Shown in pieces: positions 54,175 through 64,000 of a stretch of DNA of 64,000 bases. Source of the DNA: the human T2T-CHM13v2.0 reference genome, Homo sapiens; NCBI RefSeq assembly GCF_009914755.1, contig NC_060925.1. One strand, given 5' to 3'. The number at the start of each line of letters is the position of its first letter. Within the stretch, counting starts at the first letter, position 1. A program made the translations under genes and the position numbers. The notes beneath the pieces were generated by a model that was not told the DNA's origin, did not search any database, and worked only from the letters and a program-made list of their open reading frames with translations.

Positions 54175-54830
54175 TGCTGCAGGCCAGGTCTCACTATTGC
54201 AGGCCTCCATAACAACTGTTTCAGCACCGACTGAGTAGTTAAGTTGAATATTAAAAGCTGAAAAAGCCAGTGCCCTGTAAAGACTGAAATGTAACAAAAG
54301 CCCACCGAGAGTTTTGCCTAGGTCTTTCCTGGACCTTAAAGCATGATAAAATAACAAAGGAATTCTTAACAGGATCCATTTAGAATTCAACAAGTTTTAT
54401 TGGGGATCTGAAAAAACTCCCCAGGCCTCTACAAACTAGTTTGTTGGGGTTCTAAAGGAACTCCCCAAACCTGAGTAATTTAGAAGCAGACGAGATAAGG
54501 GTAATCACCCCAGCACCTGGACCCATTTGGATTAAGTAAGTTTACTGAGGCTCCAGAGGAAGTCTTTAGGACTTAGACCTTAGTTATGGATTAAAAGAAG
54601 TTAATCACTTATGTCTTTAGATAAATGCACACTTAAATGTAGAAATATAGCTTAGAAGATATATAAGCTCTGGAAAACTTTGTAATTTTGAGTTGCTCTG
54701 GTGATAATTTCCAGGCCTTCTCCATGTAACTTGTTGCAGAAATAAAAACTCTCTTCCTCCCCAGTTCATCTGCATCTCATTATTGGGCCACAGAAAATAG
54801 CAGCCTGACCCTCAGTTTGGTCCAGGAACA
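54175..54830 (+). repeat. 3' LTR of the provirus
   Basis: tgctgcaggccaggtctcact ... tttggtccaggaaca, colinear with the 5' LTR. Confidence 0.9.
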
Positions 54831-54834
54831 TGTG

Positions 54835-54960
54835 ACTTCAACCCTGTAATAGCTATTTCAGATTTTTGACCTCCACATCTGTAACAAAGTAAATTCATGT
54901 TGTTTAAAAAGATACTAAGTTTGTGGTAATTTGTTACAGAACCGAAAGGAAACTCATACA
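54835..54960 (+). mobile_element. MLT1D-like LTR, 3' part
   Basis: tgacctccacatctgtaa ... actaagtttgtggtaatttgttacag ... ggaaactcataca is the MLT1 3' terminus, continuing the 47083-47447 piece. Confidence 0.85.
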
Positions 54961-56619
54961 TCTTCTTTGCAGCATTTACAAAGTGTCTCTCCTTTTATTT
55001 GAATTCTCCTACAAGTTAGAACAATTGGCTTTTTAGCTTCTAGAAGAGGTTTCTGAACAATTAGTTTGCAATGGTACACATGAGGTATTTAACTCATTGT
55101 CATCAGTAAAGAGGTTTGTGGGAAATGGATTCAGCATATGAATATGAGAAGGAAGAATGGGGGATGGGAGCATAACCCATTAGAGCTTGCGGGAGATTTT
55201 ACAGGGGGGAAATGGCTTCAATTTGGGAGTTTCCCAAGCAATTCTGATAAGACCCTAAAAGGGACTTTTCTCACTCATTAAAAACCATTGACCTCGTAAT
55301 AGGACTAGTAAGGACCTGAGCAATTCCAGCTAACTGCAGTTCTAAGAGCTCTACTTACAATGACTCATTTATTTCTCACAATAGCCCTGTGAGGTAGATG
55401 CTATTGATGATATCTCCATTTTACAAATAAGGAAGTTGACACATAACATAGATTTTACTTAGTTAGACATTTTGCATGCAATAGAATTGTTAACAGTGAA
55501 CTTGTTGCCAAATGTAAAATATGTAAATATTTATGATTGCAGAATTACGTTATGTTCAAATTTTAAGTTTTTAAAGGTTTCTCCTGTGTTTGTCTTCACC
55601 TTGATACTTGGTTACTAGGTTGCCATTTAGAGTAACAACTGGTAATGTAGGTTATAAATGACTATTTCAAATATCTTGTTCATCAAAGTTTTAAGCAGTA
55701 AGCTAAATTTGCGTTAAATGTCCACTTGGTGGCAGTTCTTCATAAAAAGTACAAGTTGGCATATAAAGCTCATATCATTGTGTCCACAAATTTATAAAGA
55801 CAAAATGAATCATTTATTTTGGGTTGTTTAATAGTGATTCTTTGGGCTTTTTTTTTTTAAAGGGGATGGGACCTGTACTGTATTTATCATCCTTTCAAAC
55901 CAGAAAGAGAATCTCAGTAGCTTAACACATTTGAATTATGATATACATCCCTTTAAATGAGAACTTACCTTGAAATGCATTTTACAAATAAACCAATCAC
56001 AACATACACAGATAGCAGTTGAGCACATGGGCAAACTTGTAAAACTGTTTTTGAATCTTTAAAATCAGGCAATAATAATAAATAATAATAATAAATCTTC
56101 CAGAAACTTTATACTAAAAACATTCCAAATTTTTTAGGAAAGACTGACAAAATATTGTATATGCCATGAGTTTACTACATTTAATCGCATGACTCTTTGC
56201 AATATGCTTAACACTTTCACATTAATGACAAAGTTCCTTCCATTAAGAATTTCTAAGGCTATGATTTGAAGGCCAAATCAAAGTTATCAACTTATTTACT
56301 GCTGTAATGTATGGGAGAAAATGTATTTTTAAAAATGTGTTTAGTGCATTTATCAGCAGATACCCACCATCAACCCTGATGGTAAGAACTAAGAACCAAC
56401 CAATAGAATGTATAATACCTGATGCTAGGAAATCCCCACCTCAGTACAGCTTATTCACATGCCATTCTCTTCCTCTTCTTCTTTAATTACTTTTTTTTGG
56501 AGGTTGTGCAATAAGTTGTTAAGATACTAGTCTAGGTGTTTCTAAGACATGACAGATTCTTACAAATGCCCCATCTTCTAAATATCATAGGCAAATGTTA
56601 TAAGCTCTCTGGTTCACTA

Positions 56620-56760
56620 GTTTTTGTTTTTGTTTTTGTTTTTTTCAGAGATAAAGTCTTGATCTGTTGCCCACAGTGGACTCAAACTCTTGAGCTCAAG
56701 TGATCCTCCTGCCTCAGCCTCCACAGTAGTTGAGAGTGTAGGCGCAGCACCAGGCTTGGT
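56620..56760 (-). mobile_element. Alu monomer (FLAM-like)
   Basis: (TTTTTG)n tail; caaactcttgagctcaagtgatcctcctgcctcagcctcc. Confidence 0.8.
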
Positions 56761-58495
56761 TTCCTAGCTTTTAATATGTAAATACGGTGATTCCTGAATG
56801 TTAAAATGTACTTTAAAATGATCAGTGCAGCAGTTTGCCCTAATCATGAAAAAAAAAAGATCCTGGTACCATCCCTCAAATTTAAATGTTAACAATGTCA
56901 CATATAATGGCTCCTATTTTAGCTATTGAAGTTAATTTATGAACTGAATTTTTGAAATATATTCAAATGTAGTTGAACCTTGATCCTATTATAGCACAGT
57001 TAATGCACAAAGCAAATAAGATAAATAACATGAAGCCTATTGAAGTACTTTATACATCAATTAGCTATTTCACAAATCTAAAAGGTGAACTCCCTAGTGA
57101 TATATTATTCACAACAGTTTTGATGACAATTTGGAAGTATAAAATGTTAAATATCGACACTCTATCTTATTTTATATCTGTATTAAATTTCAGCAAATTT
57201 TAATTTATTTCCTTATCAGAAAAATATTAAGGAACTATAAAATCACTTACTGATACTAGTGGATAGAAACAAGCATCATCAGTTAATCAATCAGGGGGAT
57301 TTTAAATAAGCATCCACCCAGTGCTGACAATGTAGTGGATACTCAGTGTCTCCCTGATTCATCAATTCGTAATGGTTGTTTTTACCCACTAGCATCAAGC
57401 ATTTGTTTTTCAAAAAGTTACTGCAAGGAAAACATGAACAAACATCAATAACTGACTGGTTGGTTTTTGTTGTTGTTGTTGTTGTTTTTGTTTTTTGTTT
57501 TGCCAACCAGGCTGTCTCATTGCCTGGAATTCTTACACTAAGTAAGAGTTTAGGTATTAAAGAGGCAGCTTTATATTTCAGGTAGGCAGTGACAGGGTGT
57601 GCTTGCTGCTCTTCCCAATGTCTTGCCTCAACATAGCCAAACCCAGTTTTATTTCATGCCAAAGGCATTTAATGGAAAAAGAGAGGCATAGTTTATACTT
57701 TAATGAAAGAATTGCTATGTTTTGATTTGATTTCTACTTTGAGCTATGAAACAGATAGAGGTTCTTTAATCTCCTAAAGAAACAAAGAGAATTCTGCTAT
57801 TTGTTATTTTTAAGCAGAAAAAAAGGAAGAAAAAAAGATTTGTGGAATATTTCTCATTTACATTTATTTTACAATCATAGTGGTGGTATTAGCTAATATA
57901 ATGTGATCATGAAATAAAGGGTTTTACTCACAGTTGCATAGATTAGTGAAAGAAGGACCTAATTAAAATATTTAACCTGCCATTTATATATTGTTTCCAA
58001 GTGGCAATTATTACCCAGATTTTCCTTTTAAAAAGGACTATCAAAAAACTATATTTTCCCCCACCAAAATGGCTAAAAACAGATTTGCATATTTTGCCAG
58101 CTTAGCCAGTGGGATGAGCCGTGACTGGGTTTCAGCTCCCGGTTTTCTCTGTTTACAGAAATATTAAGTACCCCCAAATCCTGGTTCTCTGGTTAAGTCA
58201 AGCATTTGGGTTTTCTCTCTAATTTTTTCTGCTAACACTATTTATTTAAATAAAGTAAAGGAAAAACATAAGGAGGAAATAAGAGAGGTTGGGCAATGCT
58301 TATTAGACATATACACGTCAGTTGTAATTTCAGGAATGCTTCCTTGGTGATAATATAAAGTTTACACATAAAGTAAGGCCATTCATGTCTTTTTCTTTCA
58401 TGCCAGTTTTTTTTAATCACATGATTCAAAATGGGAAGAAATAATATCTTCCTCTGTTAAGTGCCTCAGTGTCAAGAACTGTGGTGGCACTGAAA

Positions 58496-58950
58496 TGTTA
58501 CCCTTGCTACAGTCTAACAAGTTAGCTTGCCCCAGTTTCATAGATGCCAGCAGAGTACATGACTCTGGGATCAGAGACAAAGGAATTTATTACTCACGGC
58601 ACAGCAAGCAACATAAACATCATGTTCACATGATCTTCCTTGCCCTCCAATTCCATGGAAAGGGTAATGTTGAACATGCCCAGATGGATGACGTGCACGC
58701 AGTCAGTTTGTGTCGCACTGAGTAGCATCAAGCTTAGGAGATCCACAATATTATAAGGGAGCTAACAGCAAACCCACCTAACCTTTGCCTCAAAGGAAGA
58801 CTATATCTTTATTATGCTCAGAAGGAAAGAAATATGCCCTGTGTCTCGGAGGGAAATATTACCTCTATTTTTCAAGGCTCTTTGCTCTACAAATATACTT
58901 GGAAAGATAGTCTGGAATAAAAGCTGTCACAAGATGTGTAAAAGTGTGAC
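58496..58950 (-). mobile_element. Old ERV1-type LTR fragment (family uncertain)
   Basis: cagtttcatagatgccagcag ... tcagagacaaaggaatttattactcac resembles the reverse of MER34/MER90-like LTR 3' ends. Confidence 0.45.
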
Positions 58951-58984
58951 ACAGTCATGGAGAACTGTCTCCTAACATAGGAGA

Positions 58985-59152
58985 TACACACACATATACA
59001 CATACAAACATGTACACACATACATGATATCTATATGGTATGCATATATGGTATATGTATACTGGTGTATATATAGCATAAGTAAATATATGGTATATGT
59101 AAACATACATGTGGCACATATAAATATATATGGTGTATATAAACATATACAT
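58985..59152. repeat. Degenerate (TA/CA/TG)n low-complexity tract
   Basis: Alternating purine-pyrimidine sequence; explains ORFs 58955-59184. Confidence 0.85.
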
Positions 59153-61397
59153 AGTTTACTTTTCCTGAAAATCATGTAAAGCAAGCTTATAATTCTCGTT
59201 TTAGGTGTAAAAAAGCATTATTAGCCAAACGCCTTGCCTTATTTAACTGAGATTGTAAGGAACGGATTCCAAAATTCAACCCTTTGTTCTACTCAACATC
59301 CCATTCTCTATCTGGTCAACTAATGCACTAATTGCTGTGATAAATAGGGAAAAATATATCTATTCTGTGACACTGAGTTCTAGAAAGAGGGCCCTTTAAC
59401 TTTTTATATTAAAATTTTAAAACATTCCACCAGAATTTAAAAAATACTGGTGTTCCTGCCCTTCTCATAATTGGCCTTATTACAAATTATATCACATGCA
59501 ATGCCATTCAAACAAGTATGTAAAATGGTGGTCAATAAAGCAGTATGATTTTTTTCTCCTTCAATCAAACCAATTGTTAAATGTAATTATAATCTTGGAA
59601 GAGGCAGTTAAAAAGATGTTGAATTAAATTGAGCTCTGAAAATTGCTCACCTCATGATTCCTTCTGATTACATCTTGGCATAAATCCACCAAGTTTCAAT
59701 ATGTAATTTAAGGATAATGTATAATTGCTATTGGAACCAATGCAGTTTCTCCACATTCAAATGGAGGCCGATTTTATTAGTAATAACTGTAATAACTCTG
59801 CTAAATAGATTGTATGACTTTGCTGCTCATTAGGAAATTATTTTTCAGCAAGAACATCTTACTTTTATATATGTAATTCAAATTTTAAGTAGGAAATTTA
59901 TTAATGAGACAAGTGTTTATAAAGACATATATTTTACAGATATTATAGTCTGGTCCTAATCAGACAATTATTTCCTATGGTGTTAAATTCAAGAGCTTAT
60001 TTTTCATTGTCTTATTTTTAAAGAATCTTATCTAAAAGAGGCATTTTAAAGATACACAATGAAGTTTAGATCTATGGTAACGAAGTATCAGAGAAGTGGC
60101 ATGGCTCCCTCCAGTTTCATCATGCAGCTACATATTTTATGAGAAAGAAATGTTTTGTATTAGAAAATCACTACAAATGTGTGCCCTAGACATTGGTATC
60201 TATCTGTAGTGGATAGTATCATCCACCAGAGAACTGAAATTAGTATACTTACCTAAATGGTAGCAACTCTTAAAAGAGGCTCTCTAGTGAAATAAATACA
60301 GAGAAAAGCTGGTTAAGATGTTTTCACAGTAGTTATATTGCATATTAAATAAGGTATTTGGTAAACTTCCTAATACTTGGAGAAGTCCTGAACACTTGTT
60401 AATAATCTTTTATTCCACTAGAATGCCAGAGATCGCAATCCTAGTTGTCTTTGTGTTCCCACATATTAGATAAAAGCCATTTCTCCATTTAAAAATATTC
60501 AATATTTCAAGGCCCCATGTGCACTTGAAGAGAGATAAATGAAGATCTCAGGATGAGATGGAAGAAGTGACCAATGGACTGAGGCACCAGAGAATGTGAG
60601 AGTGATGCCAGGGAATGAATGATGGAGATATAATGGTCATTGGCCCTAAGCTCTTATTCTCTGTGTCTTGGTGTCCTCATCTCTAAAATGAGAATGGTGC
60701 CTTCTTTTTATGTTTATTATAGAGATTAGCAAAATTATCTAGTTTGAAATTCTCACAAGTGGAAACTATCACATTTATGATTTCAGCTATCAAAAAGTTA
60801 TTCTAAAAGTTATATAACATAGGATAATGCATATTTTTTCTTAAAGGTAGTTTCCTCTTAACATTTTTGTGCTACTTTCATGAAGTAGTATACATAAATC
60901 ACCCAGCACTATATCTAGCATGTGGTATAGTATATACATATACTTTCTTTGGAAATTAGCACTGAATTGCATTACACTTGTTCAGTTTATTCAGCAATGT
61001 TTTTGTGCTACCATGTGGCAGATATTTCTCTAATTGTTACAAATACATCAGCAAATAAAAAGCAAAAAATATCCCTGCTTTCATACAGTTTATATTTTCT
61101 TTTATATTTCTTACCTGTGGTCTAAAGCTTACATTTTAAGTTGTAAGAAAATCATTTCACTTTTAGTAAAAGCAAATAGAAAATTAAAGAAAATAGGAAA
61201 AATGCTCAAAAGTGATTACATTAAAAGTAAGTGAAACCTGATGTTTCCTAAACGAAGCTTGGTTCATTTCTTGGTAAAGACAGGGTGGGAATGGCAGATC
61301 ATCAATAAGAAAGCTGCTAGAGCTCTGAACATCTGGTTTTAAGATGGAACTTTCTTTATATTTCTAAATTATTATATAATAATAATAGTAAAAATAC

Positions 61398-61550
61398 TTT
61401 TTTAGAGACAAGGTCTCACTCTGTCACCCAGGCTGGAGTGCATGGCACGATCATAGCTCACTGCAGCATCAAACTCCTAGGCCCAGGTGATCCTCTCATC
61501 ATAGCCTCCCGAGTAGCTAGGACTACAGGTGTGTGCCACCATACCTGGCT
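61398..61550 (-). mobile_element. Alu right-arm monomer (FRAM/AluJ-like)
   Basis: gagacaaggtctcactctgtcacccaggctggagtgc ... ccaccatacctggct; flanked by atacttttt on both sides. Confidence 0.85.
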
Positions 61551-61819
61551 TATACTTTTTTTCTGCCTAACTTTGTAGATAAATTTGATATTTGATTCTC
61601 TTCTTAAAAGATAATTTATATACAGTTAATTACATTTTACAGGTCTAGATCCAGGCTCAGAGAGAAGCTGCATATGTCAATAGAGATAAGCAACTCAATA
61701 TTGGCAGAGGAACAGCACAAAGTAGATCTGACTTCTCACAAACAGTGCTTACTATTCCAGGTTTAGAAGGAAAATGATAATATTGCCTTTAACAGGCAAT
61801 TGCAGCAGAGCATGACTGA

Positions 61820-62610
61820 TGCTGAGAAATTCCTGAAAATATGCAACCTCCTAAAATTGGACCAGGAAGAAACAGAAGTGGGGAATAGACCAATAATGGG
61901 CAGTGAGACTGTATCAGCAATAAACACTCTCCCAACAAAAACAAAACCCAGGACCAGATGGATTCACAGCCAAATTCTAGTAAATGTGCAAGGAACTGGT
62001 ACCAATCCTCATGAAACTGTTCCAAAAAATCAAGGATGAGAACATTCTCCCTAACTCATTCTACAAAGCCAGTATCACCCTGATACCAGAACCAGACAAG
62101 GACACAACCAAAAAAGAAAACTACAGATTAATGTCCCTGATGAACACTGATACTAACATAGGAACAGAAAACCAAATACTGCATGTTCTCACTTATAAGT
62201 GGGAGATAAATGATAAGAACTTACAAACACAAAGAAGGAAATGACAGACACCAGGTCTACTTGAAGTGGGATTGTGGGAAGAAGGAGAAGAGCAGAAAAG
62301 ATAACTGTTGGGTACTGAGCTTAATACCTGGGTGGTTTAATAATACGCAGAACAAACCCCCATGACACATGTTTACATATCTAACAAACTTTCACATGTA
62401 CCCCCAAAGCTAAAATAAAAATTAAAATAAATAAATAAAACAAAAAAAGCAAAAATCCTTAATAGAATTTTTGCGAACTGAATCCAGCGGCACAACCAAA
62501 ATATAGTAGACCACGATTGAGTGGGTTTTATTCCACGTATGTAAGGCTGGTTCTACATCTGCAAATCATAAATGTGATTCACTGCATAGATAGAATTAAG
62601 GATAAAATTT
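61820..62610 (+). mobile_element. LINE-1 ORF2 fragment interrupted by another L1 3' end (62152-62448)
   Basis: ORF2 peptide [49 protein letters not shown] stops at 62151 and resumes as gcaaaaatcctt (AKIL) at 62449; the insert is an L1P-type 3' UTR with A-tail. Confidence 0.88.
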
Positions 62611-64000
62611 AATCTTCATAGAGATTATGTTTCCTTGAAAAGAGGTAATTCTATTTAAAGTGAGATCTTGAGAATGAGAAATAGGATAAGGCAGCATAAT
62701 CTTTGGTTCTATGAGTCCTAATTATTCTAAATATAATTTGCAACTTTATATATTTTGAATGAGCTATAACAGTTTGTTATCTTTTTACTGTGTGGTAAAG
62801 GGGTACTACTAGATCCATGATAAATCTTCAACAAATATGGATATATTCCTGATTTGGAATGACATTCATGCAGGAAAAGAGTTGCTGAGCTAGATGATAA
62901 AAAAAAATGGCTTGATGATGTATCTAGTTGGGTAATGTAGTCTTTCTTTTGGAAGCATGGTGGTTAGAATTAAAGATCCTGTTGATGGACTTAAGCCTGG
63001 GCTGAAATCCCAGCTCTACTAATGGATATGTTTATCTTCTCTAAGCCCCATTCTTCTCAATGTACAATGGTGATAACAATGATGACTACTTCATAGCATA
63101 CTTTATGCATATATCTAACACTTAGTCATCTTTCAGTCCAATGTTAACTCTTATTAAAGAGTTCTTAATCTATTAGACACCCTATCACATGATACTTTGC
63201 TCAGAAGTCCACCTTGAAAATGTTTAGTATTTATGAAAATCTCAAATACTGATAATATTAAGAAATCCTAAAAATCTGCATAGAATAAAGAGATGACACA
63301 CAATTAGTAAAGGGTAAGTCCATTTTGAACCTATCTTCTTTCATTTTTCTTATATTTACATTTGATATTTATATGTACACATGGAATAAATTCTTAAAAT
63401 TTATGTTTTTCATAATTCTCTTAAGAAGAATTCATGCTCCCAATAAGAATGAAAACTACACATGTTGTTCCCTTGTTGATTTACATGACAGTCTAATTAA
63501 ATTAATTCCTAGGGAGATAGGTGTGGGAAAAAAACAAAGGAGAATCTATGGAATGTAACAAAATTGGTTTTAGGCTTGAGTGTAAAGGAAACAAACCTGT
63601 TATGCAGATGATGCCATGGTGGCAAAGTACAAGATCCCAGTTTACAAGGTTTGCAAGGAAATTTCCCTGATAACATCAAAAGATAATGATGAGGCATTTA
63701 TATACTAGGAGCAATCACCAATTATCATAATAGCAAATATTATTAGGGAGGAGTAGTTAGAAAATATAAGAATTACATGGAGTGTTTCCTCTCCAGGGAA
63801 ATAATCTGAAAGTGCTGTTTGGGTTTCATCAGGCCACTCCAGAATACATAATTTTTAATGATGAGTATAAAGGGGATGATTTTCTTGTGGTATGCCAGTG
63901 ACATTGCCTCCTCAAGAGACCTTTTTAATTTAGCTTTATGGAAAGTAATATAGCAGAATTCACCCAAATATAACGGCTTCGGGAGCCAACCTGCATATGT

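Larger units (their letters stand above)
47448..54830 (+). mobile_element. ERV1-class (MER4-group-like) non-coding provirus with two LTRs
   Basis: Direct repeats of ~656 bp with TG..CA ends at 47448-48104 and 54175-54830; PBS at 48110-48127; purine tract gacagtggggat at 54163-54174; TSD-like TGTT/TGTG. AT-rich interior with no gag/pol/env ORF. Family possibly LTR24-like (uncertain). Confidence 0.9.

Noticed and set aside
55722-55734. Second CTCF-like motif CCACTTGGTGGCA
   Set aside because: Mismatch at the highly conserved A of the core; too weak to call without ChIP data.

Overview
Primate (human-like) genomic DNA, not microbial. The window holds the last five coding exons of PLA2G4A (cytosolic phospholipase A2 alpha, + strand; exons 14-18 in the 18-exon model as I recall it). 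They encode residues ~446-749, including Ser505, catalytic Asp549 and Ser727, and are followed by the 3' UTR with its poly(A) signal near 33.53 kb and ~30 kb of downstream intergenic DNA. The exons splice in frame with canonical GT-AG sites. Nearly all ORFs in the supplied track are repeat-derived or chance. The rest is mostly transposable elements (Alu, L1, L2, MIR, MER53, MER44, MaLR/ERV LTRs). I see no convincing new gene or system. The best leads are: (1) a four-layer LTR nest at 47.1-55.0 kb (MLT1D > non-coding ERV1 provirus with a tRNA-Arg PBS > LTR9-like > LTR12F-like); (2) the innermost LTR12 keeps five CCAAT boxes, has lost its poly(A) signal and points antisense toward PLA2G4A; (3) inverted Alus flanking frame-preserving exon blocks; (4) an exact 28-bp copy of nearby L1 sequence; (5) candidate CTCF and enhancer motifs. 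Repeat subfamily names are from memory of consensus sequences and need RepeatMasker/Dfam confirmation; boundaries of old repeats are approximate.
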